DNA of 63,485 nt, filler included, from Olpidium bornovanus S191 (taxonomy: Eukaryota; Fungi; Olpidiomycota), in assembly GCA_017911155.1 (NCBI GenBank). It is 32 parts of 32 records of this genome, joined end to end, with 100 filler letters (N's around TTAATTAATTAA, not from the genome) between each part and the next. Parts side by side here need not be neighbours in the genome. Positions count along the whole stretch, not along the records: positions 24,304 to 25,635 come from JAEFCI010003918.1; positions 25,736 to 28,006 come from JAEFCI010010131.1; positions 28,107 to 29,761 come from JAEFCI010008929.1; positions 29,862 to 32,683 come from JAEFCI010003434.1; positions 32,784 to 34,092 come from JAEFCI010006641.1; positions 34,193 to 35,580 come from JAEFCI010009345.1; positions 35,681 to 37,932 come from JAEFCI010004285.1; positions 38,033 to 39,418 come from JAEFCI010003523.1; 24 more parts are not named here. One strand, 5' to 3'. The notes below the pieces were generated by a model, which ran no database searches, was not told the origin of the DNA, and was given only the letters and a program-made list of their open reading frames with translations. The translations under genes were made by a program, and so were the position numbers. Below, in pieces: positions 24,851 through 38,535 of this stretch (position 1 is its first letter; each line of letters opens with the position of its first letter).

Positions 24851-25069
24851 ATTCGTTGAATCTGCGACTCAACACCGTTGTGGAGGGACAATCGCCCAGG
24901 AGAGGGACTTCAGCTCAAGGACTTCCTCCGTCTTCTTCTTTGCTCAATCTTCCTTTCTTCAACGCATGTCTATGCCATACGTTTGCAAAGTGGGGGGGGG
25001 GGTTGGGGCCTGGTTATATACCCAGGGCTGGGGATTAGCTCAGGTCTCCAGAGCGCAGCTGTGCAGAGG

Positions 25070-25310
25070 CTAAATAGAGAGACAAAGCTAAAATAGAGAG
25101 ACAAAGCTAAAATAGAGACACAAAAGCTAAAGTGACACGAGAAAAGTTTAAAGCGACATCAAAAGAAAGTTTAAACTGATGTCAAAAAAGCTTAAAGCGC
25201 TCTCAAGAAAGTTTAAGTGATGTCAAAAAAGTTTAAAGCGACCTCAAAAAAGTTAAAATGCAGAAAAGTTAAATTTGGACAAAGGCTAAATTGGGACAAA
25301 GGTTAATTTG
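25070..25310. repeat. A-rich degenerate tandem repeats (19-bp GCTAAAATAGAGAGACAAA units grading into about 21-bp AAAGTTTAAAGCGACATCAAA units)
   Basis: Directly visible periodicity. The AT-rich composition contrasts with the GC-rich window. Confidence 0.8.
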
Positions 25311-25735
25311 AAAAGAGCTAAAAGGGAGGAAATTTCCCTGAAAAAACTGAAAGAAAAAGAAAAAAAGAAAGACGACGAAAAGCAAAGCCCCAAGAAGATA
25401 AAAATCAAAGCCCCAGAGTGCAATGTAAGTGTCACCCTCCATATCCCCCCCCTGAGAGCAGAGACCTGCCCCAGCTTTCTCTGTTCTCATCCTCCAGGTC
25501 AGCCTCTCGTCTTCTCTGGGGTCTCGAAGGGTACCTCCTGAGGACCCCGTGTGTGATACAGCTTCAGCCTGCGCCCTGCGATGGCGGCCTCCTCTGATGC
25601 CCTGGGCCCTTCCTCCACTGGTCCAACTGCATAACNNNNNNNNNNNNNNNNNNNNNNNNNNNNNNNNNNNNNNNNNNNNTTAATTAATTAANNNNNNNNN
25701 NNNNNNNNNNNNNNNNNNNNNNNNNNNNNNNNNNN

Positions 25736-27846
25736 ACGCCGCGAGGAGGTCGCCTTCGGGGATTCCGATGTGGCGCTTGCCCGCCGTTTCGCCAGCGAAG
25801 CGGCTTCCCGTCCTTCGGTCCCGTCTCCGGCACCCTGCTGATCGCAGTCCGGCATGCCCTCGTCCTCCGACGCTCGGCCGCCGTCGCCGTCCGCGTCGTG
25901 AGCGTGCGTCGCTTCGCCGCTCCCCGCGCCCGTTTTCTTCCGCTTCGCGGCCCCCTCCTCGAGAGTCGCCGCATGCTCCGGGTCGACGGTCCAGAACATG
26001 CCCTTGCCGGGCTCGTCCTCCCCCCGGGCTATTTTCCGGAACAGCTTGCCGGTGGAGAGGTTGTGGCGCACCGAGCTCTGCCAGCCGGGCGGCGCGTGGC
26101 GGTAGAACGCGTATTTCTCGGCAATGCCCTGGTATATGCCCGGAAGCGACAGCCGGCGGGCGGGTGCCGCGTTGATGACCTGCGCGATGAGGGCCGTGTA
26201 CGACAAAGGCGGCTTCACGTCCCGCACGCGGTCGGGCCTGTAATCGACGCCCTCGGCCGGAAGTGCCGGCGACGGGCGCGAGTCGGATTTGGCGCTCGCC
26301 GCCGCGGATTCCTCGGTCGCCTGGGCCTGTTCCGGGGCTCCGGTCAAAAGGCCCTCGGGCAAAATGAACACAAACTGAACTCCGCCCACTTCGATAAGCA
26401 TGCTGAGGGCCGGGCCCCCGTAATGAAAAGACGCGTACGTGCGTCAGAGGCAGGCCGTCGTGGTAGGAGCCGCACAGGAACAGCAGAAACAGAATTAATT
26501 CGCGGCTCGTTCGCGAGGGCGGCGCGGCGCCGCGCCGCACGGCGCAGGGAACGGACTGCAAATCGGTCCGTCCCAGCGGACCAAACCCCGTCACGCGAGC
26601 AAAAAACGCACCCCGACTCGAGCTCGATGGGGTCGCAGCCGGGTTTGAACACGACGTCGTTGACCTTCAAGCCGTTGCGGCCGATGGCATGCAAGTTCCA
26701 GCGGCGGGAGGTGAAGTTGAACTCGACGCTCGCGTGCCGGCGACTCACGATCTTTGCGGGGCCGAGGTCGACGTCGACGGCCGTCGGCACCGTTTGGGCA
26801 TTTTGATGGGGGGCCGGCCTGCTTTCCGCAGCGCTTCTGCGCGCGCCGGATTCACCGTGTTGGACGGCGGTCGCGACGGGAGCTTCGCCGCGGTCGCCGC
26901 CAGAGGAGGCCACGAGGCCTCCGGAAACAGCGGAAGGCGCCCTCCCCGTTGAACCTGCCTCCGCGCCCGGTTCTCCGTCGCCCTCGTCCTTATCAGCCGC
27001 GCCTCCCGGATCAGCGTCTGCGGGGGTCATCTGCGGACCGGCCGCCGACGGCGCAGCGTGCTCCTCGCTTGCTGTGCGACCCGCCTTCGCTCTCGCCGCC
27101 CGGTCCGAGGAGGCCTCCGCGCCCGGGTCCGGCGCGCGGCCGACGCTGACAGTCAGAGTCTGTATGAAATACGTCCAGTTCGCTCCGGCCAGCTTCCCGT
27201 ACGCCTGCACTGGAGCAGTCCGGGACGGGTCGTCGGAAGCTGCGACGGACGCCCGGAACTTCTCTACCATGGTGACATGGCGGGTCGGTATCGTCGGCCG
27301 CCGCTCCCTGGGGTGCCTCAGGGTGGCCGCGAGCTTTTCCTGAAGTTGAAGCGGCGGGACGAGAGGGCGGATCGGTCGCACAGTAGGTCAGCGCACGACG
27401 CCGGCAAGCAGCTCGACGTCCACAACAACACTTGACGAGATGGGGAGAATCACGGAGAAAAAGAGTCTGCGGGAACAGCCACCCGGTGCCCCACTCGCCG
27501 GTCAAACAAAACGTGCCACCACCTTCGACGACTCGGCCGAGTATCCTCCTCCTCCTCTCTGGTGGTCGGCATCCGGCTGTTGCTGGTGGTGCTGGAGTTG
27601 GCGGCGGTGCTGTTGCTGGGGCTGTTGCCGGGGCTGGGGCTGGGGCTGCTCCCCCGCCGCGGTATCCTGGGCGACGGGCAGCGCGACCTGAACGGCGGGC
27701 GCGGCGGCGGCGGCGGCAGAGAACGAGGCCCTCCTCTGCTTGTCGACTCCGGGACGCTGCTCGCCGTCGCCGCCCACAGCGGTGGACGGAAGACGGGGGC
27801 CTTCCTCCGCGGGAGCAGGAGTGCCGGGAGGCGGGTGCTTCGTCAT
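25736..27846 (-). CDS. FHA + forkhead transcription factor (Fkh1/Fkh2-like), 3' end truncated
   Basis: Split FHA domain VQAYGKLAGANWTYF...VSVGR...VDLGPAKIVSRRHA...IGRNGLKVND; intron about 26611-26403; forkhead KPPLSYTALIAQ...IYQGIAEKYAFYR...GWQSSVRHNLS...GKGMFW. The start (27270 or a Q-rich upstream exon near 27846) is uncertain. Confidence 0.93.
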
Positions 27847-27861
27847 GCCGGAGCCCCCGCC

Positions 27862-27899
<38 letters not shown>

Positions 27900-28122
27900 C
27901 CCCCCCCCCCCCCCCCCCCGGTGGTGTTTTGCCCCGGCGGGGGGGTTTTTTCCGCCTTGTGCTCGGGGCCCCGGGGGCGGGCGGGGGGGGCGGGGGGGCC
28001 CGCACTNNNNNNNNNNNNNNNNNNNNNNNNNNNNNNNNNNNNNNNNNNNNTTAATTAATTAANNNNNNNNNNNNNNNNNNNNNNNNNNNNNNNNNNNNNN
28101 NNNNNNACCCCCCCCCCTCCGG

Positions 28123-28167
<45 letters not shown>

Positions 28168-29861
28168 AAAGGAGGCCTCTCCCGCGTTGCCCGCTCCGCA
28201 AAATCTCGCGCGTCACGACCAACGTACGTCCAAGTGAGCGCGGCTTGGGAAGGCGGGGCATTTGGTCGTCCGGAACGGCGGTCGGGCGACCGGAACGCCG
28301 ATAAGGAGGTGGACGACGAGGAGGCCGGGGGAGAGGGGGTTGCGCCGAAGGCACTGCTGCCGAACCCTTGGGTCGCAGGCCTGACATGTTCAAAGCGGCA
28401 CTGGGTTCCGAACTGGCAGTTTCCCTGCCAAGAGAGGGGTGTAAGCCGGCCAGACCGCGAGACGAGGAAACTTTAGCGGAGGGGCGTGGCTGCTGCGTGC
28501 GCGCGGCAAGGGGGTGAGGTTGGGTCCAGTCGGCGACCGTCTTCGAGTTTCAAAATGAATGCCCCTCCTCCTTGGTCGCGCCGCCCCGGCGGCCTTCTCC
28601 CGCCAGACTTCTTCCCTTGCCAGAACGGGGGCGGCAGCTCCAGCGGAGCGGGGGGGAGGGGGGGAGGGGAACGTCGTACCCTGAGGAAGAAGGTGCAGAC
28701 GGGCATTGCCGCTCCGGCCAGGCCCGGGGCGGTTCGGACGGGGGAAGGCGGTGTTTCTCGCGGGCGGGGCGCGGGGAGGCGTCGGGCGGGTGGGCGGGGG
28801 AAAAGGGCGAGCGGGAACTGTGTGTCTTCGTCCCGCCGCGTTTTCCCGCCGCGCACCCGCGAGAGACACACCCCGCCGCCGCCCGGAGAATTTCTTCCCT
28901 CAACAATTTTTTTTTTTTTTTTTTTTTTCGCCGGGTTGTCCCGTCGTTATCGGAGGCGCTGCGTGAGGCGCACGCCCGCGCCGAAGTGGCCGACCAAAAG
29001 TTCGTTGAACGCACGCATGTTCTGCGCCCACCGCACCTTGTCCCCCTCCGCAGAATAATACGGAACTTCAATTGCCCCATCTGACCATTGCCAGAGCTTC
29101 TTTGTTCACCGGAAAAGGCGTGTGGACTTATTGCTGCATGTGAGATGAAAGTGTCCCAACTGGTGCACATCGCCCTGAGCTTAAACTCATCGACGGGAAT
29201 GGGCGGCCCTTGTTTGATGTTCGTCGATCGGCGAGGGGCGGGCGCGCTGGTCAGGAGGGCCGGCCGAATGGATCGACTCGTGGAGCGGCGTGCTGGGCTT
29301 GAACAAAGCCACAATGTTTGTGCCTTTCGGAGATAAAGTTGATGTTTGTCCCAGGTGGCTGCGGCGTCTCGGTCTGGGATCGCATTTTTTGGGCCAAGAA
29401 GACGCAGTTCCTTGTGACGGCCTTCGTAGGCGATCCCGGCTTTCTTCGTCCGCCGAAGAGGAAGAAAAAGCCTGGAAAACTCTGACGAAGCTTGGAGGTG
29501 CCTGGTCGCGCGACGTCGCTCCTCCTCGCCACTCCACAGGGCGCCTGTAAGCCTCTACGTAACGCGTGCCGGTTCCGTTCGGGCGATCTCTCAGGAACTC
29601 TTCTGACAGCACGCGTCGCGCCTTGCGCCTTGTCCTCGACGCGTTCCGTCGCTGTCGCGCCGTTCTCGTCCTCTGTGTGTTCTGTCGCGCCCCTCCTTCA
29701 ACCGACATTACCCAGGCCTCTTCGCAACTCGCCAATTTCGTTTCTGGCGGACCCGCGCATGNNNNNNNNNNNNNNNNNNNNNNNNNNNNNNNNNNNNNNN
29801 NNNNNTTAATTAATTAANNNNNNNNNNNNNNNNNNNNNNNNNNNNNNNNNNNNNNNNNNNN

Positions 29862-31891
<2,030 letters not shown>

Positions 31892-32635
31892 ACGTGCCCC
31901 TCCCCCCGGCGATGCACGGTCGGACCTGCCGTCGGGGACGGGCGGGGGGATGACTCGCACACTTACACGCCGCGCCTGTAGTTCCCACGAGCTCAGCCTC
32001 CTGTCGCTTTTTGCCCACTGGCCCGTTTTGTCTATTTCATCGTCATACCTCTCCCGGACTGCCGCATCATTTTCGTCGTTTTCTTTTTCTCCCTGCTGCA
32101 TTACGCGATTCGCCGTCTACTTCTTCCCCCCTCCCCCCCCTCTTTCCCCCCCACATCGTCGCACGCCTCGTTTCGCATTCATCACGCAAATTCTTATTCA
32201 TCGTGAAGCGTTCGGTCTCGTCCGTTCCCGGCCGCGCGCGATAACGCGGCTGTGTGTCCTCCGGTCCCGCGTGACGTGATTGGCGTGGCGAGCACGGACG
32301 CCCCCTTCACAGAGCGTGGCAGTGGCCGAACGGGGACGGGAAGACGGCAGAGGGTGCTTTGAGCTGTTTTGTTATCTTGTAGAACTTCTAAGGGATACAA
32401 GCACCTTTTATACTGCAACGGTGTGGCGCTTCTACAGGGGGAGGAAATGGGGGAACGGGGGATTCCTGCAGGAGGAGGCACGCGGGTTTTTACCCCTCTC
32501 CCTTTCTCTTTTTTCCACACGGAGCGCCAACCCCGCGCCCCCTTCAAACGGTTTTCGCGTTGCTTTTTTGGCGATGCGACGGCTGGGAGTCTTCGCCAAA
32601 CCCTCCGCGGTCTTGCCGCGCGGCGTTGTTACGCG

Positions 32636-32672
<37 letters not shown>

Positions 32673-33079
32673 CGGCAGGGGGGNNNNNNNNNNNNNNNNN
32701 NNNNNNNNNNNNNNNNNNNNNNNNNNNTTAATTAATTAANNNNNNNNNNNNNNNNNNNNNNNNNNNNNNNNNNNNNNNNNNNNCATGGAGGGAATCCTGT
32801 CACTAGCAAGGGCTCTGAGATTCTCTGCGCGTTCGGCGACGGGCAAGTGCGACGGCCTCAGGCTGCGGGTAACTCCCGATAACGGGCCCAGGCTGCGGTT
32901 GCCGATCCTCTCTCTTCTCCGCGTTTACCCTCGCTCACGGTTTTTGCCGGGCTCTCTCCTCGCGCTGCCTTCGTTGCAAAATTGACTCGACTTGTAAAAA
33001 TAGTTCACACCGCCGACAGACAGAGTCGACGTTCAGAGGGTTCGACGAGGGAGACAAATTCCGCCCAAAGAAGCCAAAC

Positions 33080-34092
33080 ATGGCGGTCGTCATGTGAGTC
33101 GCCGTGGCGAGACGCCACCGCGGCCGAACGAACGATGTTTCCGCGGTGCGCGTTTACAACTTTCGGGACTTAGGCTCTCACGCAACCGTTCGTCTGTCCC
33201 GCCACCGGCGCTATTGTCAGCGTGACGGGCGCTTCGCGCGGGATAGGGTTTGCAGCCGCCCGAGCGGTGATTGAGCTCGGCGGCTGCGTCGTTGCCGTTG
33301 CGCGGTCTGCCGACGACGCGCTGCTTGACAAGCTGGCAGGCTCATCCCAAGAAGCCGCGAAGAGCCGCGTCGCCGTCGTGCGGGGGGACATCACCGACCC
33401 GTCTGTGTGCGACAGCGTCGTCGATGCGTCCTTGAAGCGGTTCGGCAAGGTCGACGCCGTGATACACAACGCTGGGTACGGTTCCTCGACCACCGCGGCA
33501 AAGCGCGCTGCCGATCTGAAAAGCGAATCTAATTAGTCAAACGTTCTCGTCCGCCGCTCAGGGCACTTGAGCCGTTGGACAGAATTCAATCCGCTGACTA
33601 CGGGCAATGGAAAAGGTCGGCAGCGCGCGCAGAACGCGTTCGGGCAAAGCCCGGCCGTGTTTAGCGTTGAAAGTAACCATATACTTGTCGTCCGGATTTG
33701 CAGGCTGTTCGACGTAAACCTCTTCGCCGTGTTTCTCCTCACGCAAAAGGCGTTGCCGCACTTGCGGAAGCAGCGCGGACGGGTTGTGATGGTCAGCTCT
33801 GGTGCCGCAAATAAGGCATATGTCGGCTGGTCAGCATATTGCTGGTATGGGTCCAAACCGTGGGGACCAAAAAGAAGACGATTTTTCAACTTTGCTCAGC
33901 TTGCCGGAGTTGATTTCTGAAACATTTCACTCCGTGTGTTTTGGCGTGTCGTAGCTCCAAAGCGGCACTGAACATGTTGACGGAGAATTTGGCAGCGGAG
34001 GAGCCGGAAATCGCGAGCGTGGCTGTGAGGCCCGGTGTTGTGGAGACGGAGATGCAGAAAATTATCCGCGATTCAGGTGCGGTTGGAACCCC
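33080..34092 (+). CDS. Classical short-chain dehydrogenase/reductase (Irc24/YIR035C or sepiapterin-reductase-like), 3' truncated
   Basis: Spliced start MAVVI|VTGASRGIG (exon 33080-33093 joins 33221), then NAG, LFDVN, VSSGAA, intact catalytic YC|SSK (YxxxK) and RPGVVETEMQ. Confidence 0.92.
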
Positions 34093-34207
34093 NNNNNNNN
34101 NNNNNNNNNNNNNNNNNNNNNNNNNNNNNNNNNNNNTTAATTAATTAANNNNNNNNNNNNNNNNNNNNNNNNNNNNNNNNNNNNNNNNNNNNATGTGGGC
34201 GGGGTGT

Positions 34208-34261
<54 letters not shown>

Positions 34262-34623
34262 GGGCACTATGCGAAATATGTGTGGGGCTTGTTTGTTGTG
34301 GACGGGGGAAGGAGACAATGGGATACCGAACGTATGCGCGACGGGTTAGATTGGGTAGGGCCCGCTTCTAAGCGTATTAATGCAAGTGAGCGATGCAACT
34401 TTGTTGGCGGTGGCGGCGGCGGCGATGGTGTGGGGGAACTGGGGAAATTAAACACGTGCGAGAGGGATGAGAGATGGTTTTGCAGGATCGCCTGGGGATC
34501 GTTTGTGCAGGCCATGCACGCGCGCGCGCGCAAACAGAAAGCGGCGGGTCATGGGTCACCGCAGGTTCGTCGGGGCTCAGCGCCGGCGGCACAGCGCATT
34601 CCTGCGGTTAGCCCCCGCGGCCG

Positions 34624-35414
34624 TCACTGTGCTCCGTCGGCCGCGCCGTCGGTGCTGTTCTCGCCGTCGGCCGGGATGGGTATCTCCGACGGAGCGTCCG
34701 CAGCCGCGCTCGGGGCCTCCGTCGCCGCCGAGGGGTCGGCGGAGCTGCTTTTGGAGGGAGAGGGTCCAACCACTATCGGGCCCGCGGCGGCTGCTTCGTC
34801 GACTTCGGGATGGGCGGCGGCCTCTCCTCCGCCGGCTGCTGGGTCCTCGTCGGCGATTTCTCCGTCGGCTGCGTTGTCCTCGTTGGCGACTTCTCCGTCG
34901 GATGCGTGGTCGGCCGCAGCGCTTTCCGCGGACGCCACTGCAGTCACTGCGCTCGACGGATGGCCGGAAGGAGTCTGACTGGACGAAGGAGTGGACTCGT
35001 CCTCCGGAACCACGGTCTCCGTCGTGTCATCTTGGGTTGCGGCGACCGCAGAGTCCGGCCATTGTCCGTTTGCCGAGGATTCCTGGGTCGTGACGTGCTG
35101 GACGCTCTGTACGTCGCCTTCGTAACCGCTGGAAGAATGATATCCAGGCGACTCCCAAGAGGAGTACGGCTTTTCATACGAGTACGGCTTCTCGTGCGAG
35201 TTCGGCTTCTCATAGGAGTGCGACTTCTCATACGAGTGCTGCTCCTCATAAGACGACCAGCCGGTGTGCGAGGAATACGACCGCGGCGAACCGTGGACGA
35301 AATCTTTGCAGCTGTCGTCCTCGGCAGTGTCGACGTTTACCACGATGGGACCGGCGACGATGAGGGATTCCGTGTTTTTCAACGTGAGCTGCTCGTTACG
35401 GCTGATCACGGCGA
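34624..35414 (-). CDS. Terminal exon of a low-complexity protein with SYEKPx hexapeptide repeats and an acidic Ala/Ser-rich tail
   Basis: Long open frame after a CAG acceptor, with five 18-nt repeats at 35162-35251. No recognisable domain. Confidence 0.6.
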
Positions 35415-35708
35415 CTGAAAAAGCAGGGAATAACGCCGACGGACGGCTGCCACTCGTCAGAGCGAAGGGAGGCGCGAGGGGGCGGAGGCAGAGGCAAGGT
35501 CCGTCTAGGAATTCGGAAACAGGAAGGCAGGGCCGCGGGGGGGGGGGGGGGGGGGGGGGGAAGACACCGGACACAAAAAGNNNNNNNNNNNNNNNNNNNN
35601 NNNNNNNNNNNNNNNNNNNNNNNNTTAATTAATTAANNNNNNNNNNNNNNNNNNNNNNNNNNNNNNNNNNNNNNNNNNNNCCCGGATCGCCTTCCGCCCG
35701 CGATCGCT

Positions 35709-37932
35709 ATGATGACCGCCTTTCTTCGCGCCGTTCCCGCCCCGGAGGGCGATGCTGCCCGCCTGCAGCAACTCGATCTCGCGCTCGATCTCTCTGACGA
35801 TGACTGGGTCGCTACCTTTCCCTCCGCCGCGGCCGCGTTCCTGCACAAGGCCCGCTTGTTGTCCTTTGGACCGCACCTTTCCCTCGCTCAGCGGCGGCAG
35901 CTGCTCCTCGTCTTCCTCCTACAACGGCAGGCTTTCGCTTGGGGACTCGAGGATATCCGCTGTATCTCCGCTGCACATCGAGCTGCTCGATCCTGCGACC
36001 GACCCGGTTCGTTGCAAAGCCATTCGCGTTCCGCTCCGTCTCCTGCCCTGGCTTTGGTCCGAGCTCGCGCGTCTGGAAGAGCTCGGGTTATTCGAAGACA
36101 CAACAAGTCCCTGGTCTGCGCCGTGTTTTGTAGTCCAGAAACCGCACGGCGGCGGTTGGCGGCTCGTCGCCGATTACCGTCGTCTCAATCGTGTCGTCAG
36201 GAAGGACGCCGGCGTGCTCCCTAACATTGAGGAACTTCTCGACGGGCTCTGCGGGGCTCATTACCTGACCACGATCGATCTACTATCCGGGTTCTGGCAG
36301 TGGCTCCTCGACGCGCGCTCCCGCAAGTTCACTGCATTTTCCACGCCATTCGGGAGCAAACAGTGGCGCGTCGCCCCCATGGGCTACACTGGCGTCCCCG
36401 CGGGCTTCAGCCGCCTTATGAACAAGGTCTTTGCCGAAGAGCTCGGTCGCTCGGTCGCCGTTTTTATTGACGACATCACCGCATTTTCGGCTTCCTGGTC
36501 GCTCCATCTCCGGCACGTTCACTCTATGCTTTCCCGTCTCGTCGAGAACCGGCTCGTTGCCAAGGCCCCTAAAGGAAAATACGGCTTCGGGGAGGTCGTC
36601 ATTTGGGGCTGGCAAGTTTCCGGGTCTACAATCTCTGCGGACCCCGAGAAAACGTCGAAACTCTTAGCCATCCCGCGCCTGACGACCGTCCGGGCAGTTC
36701 GCCCGTTCGTCGGCCTCGCCCAGTATTTTCGCCGGCTTCTCCCTGACTTCGCTTCCCTCGCTGCGCCGCTCACGGACCTCATGCGCAAGTCGACCCCATG
36801 GCGTTGGACACCGGTTGAAGAGCAGAGCTTCCTCGCGCTTAAGGACCTCCTCGCTTCCGATCCGGTCGTCACGCACCCCGATCCTCGTCGTCCCTTTAAG
36901 TTGGCGGTGGATGCCGGGCCACGCACCATTTCCGGAAACCTTTACCAACGCGACGACAGCGGCCACCACCGCGTCTGCCATTAGAGCAGCTGGAAACTTT
37001 CGCGTACGGAGCAGAATTACAGCCAGCCGGAGCAGGAATGCCTTGCCGTCGTTCGCGCCTGCCGGGAATACCGCCCGTATTTTCTCCATAATCTGTTTAT
37101 ACTATGGACCGACTGCACCGCGATCGTCGACTTAATCAAGAAGCCAGACTTGAGTGGGAAGTTCGCCCGCTGGGTAATGTTCTTGGCTGACTTCCCCTTC
37201 GACTGCCGCCAACGCAGTGCTGCCCGCCATCGCGATGCGGACGCGCTCTCCCGCCTCCACCCCGTTGACGAGCAGGAGGGGGAGAGGCCGCAGGACGTCG
37301 GGTTGCTCGACGACGGCGTGGAGGATAACGTTCTGCTAAGTGATGATTTTGGGGGCGTTCTTCGCCCCCCCAAGGGATGTTTTGTTCCGATGATTCTGCG
37401 CACGTCCTCCGTTCCCCGCGACGACGCCATTGACACCGATCGGTTCGCCCTCCGTGCACGCGCACGCACTTCAACCTCCAACTGGAAGCTCCACCCGGCG
37501 TGGTTTCGCGCTATCGACGCACGGTGGGGACCCCACACGATCGATTTGTTCGCCACCACACAAAATCGCCAGCTTTCCCGTTTTGCCTCTGCCGTTCCCG
37601 AGGAGGGAGCGGTCATTCACGCCTTTTCCATCGACTGGTCCGCCGAAAACGCGTGGGCGAATCTCCCTTTCAAAACGGACACGTTTTTCCGCATCCTTTC
37701 GAAGGTGCAAACGGACGGTGCGACGTTGACGCTTCTGATCCGCGCCTGGACGACCGCGCCCTGGTTCCCCGCCGTTTTGCGGCAAGCTATGGACACCCCG
37801 GTCGCCCTCCCTCGCGATTTCGACCTGTTTCTCCCTGGCTACACGGACAACCGGATCGCAGTTGGCAGTCCGAGATGGCCGGTGCTGGCGGTGCGCATCT
37901 CCGCTGCCGGAACGCCGAGCGGCCTCGATCCG
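35709..37932 (+). mobile_element. Retroelement pol: Ty3/Gypsy-type RT and RNase H fused in frame to a Dam-like N6-adenine methyltransferase domain; one frameshift and one in-frame TAG; both ends truncated
   Basis: RT: SPWSAPCFVVQK...WRLVADYRRLN, DLLSGFWQ, TAFSTPFG, PMG, FIDD. RNase H: PFKLAVDAG, EQNYSQPEQECLAVV, TD, FARW, ADALSRL. Then WKLHPAWF..I...WGPHTIDLFATTQN...HAFSIDW...WANLPF...ILSKV...W..APWFP. Confidence 0.92.
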
Positions 37933-38161
37933 NNNNNNNNNNNNNNNNNNNNNNNNNNNNNNNNNNNNNNNNNNNNTTAATTAATTAANNNNNNNNNNNN
38001 NNNNNNNNNNNNNNNNNNNNNNNNNNNNNNNNCATGCAGGGGTCTGAGAAGGGATGGGAAGTCGTAGCAATAGACGAAGGTTTGATGGTGTTATTGTGGA
38101 ATAACGTGATCGTGGGGGGCTCTGTGTACTCATCCGATAATCACGCAAATAAAGGCGACAG

Positions 38162-38535
38162 GTGGCTGCCCACAACGTGGCAGATATAGCCCTGAACCAA
38201 CTTGGGGCAGTGACCAAATCATTTCGGTCGATAATTACGACAGCGCGCTTAACCATCGTGGCAGCCGCAGATCTCGACGCGCTCAGTTTACGGGTGATGT
38301 TCCCCGGGAAGGACTGGGGAAACAAGTACAAGGTACGTCAGGTTTTTCGCAACTTTCTTGGACGCCCAATGACCCTACATTCACTTATGATGTCATATTC
38401 TGACCTTCCGGTTATAGGCACGGCTGCTAATCAATGACGGCGGGGAAGGCGCGCTGTGGGGCCACCAGGTGGTGCACTTGCCGTCCCACAAGGCAGCAAT
38501 ACGTGTGCTGGATGTCCTCCTATCTGCCGGCAAAC
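38162..38535 (+). CDS. Internal exons of a hypothetical protein (weak fasciclin-like resemblance)
   Basis: The frame ends at AAG|GTACGT and resumes after TAG at about 38417: ...RLTIVAAADLDALSL...WGNKYK|ARLLINDGGEGALWGHQVVHLPSHKAAIRVLDVLL. Confidence 0.35.

Noticed and set aside
28107-29761. Several long overlapping ORFs in contig 16
   Set aside because: No recognisable domain or consistent exon chain. They are GC-rich open frames crossing homopolymer tracts.
35709-37932. Calling the element an ordinary DIRS1 retrotransposon because of the MT domain
   Set aside because: The RT and especially the RNase H motifs are Ty3/Gypsy-type, not DIRS-type, and no tyrosine recombinase is visible.
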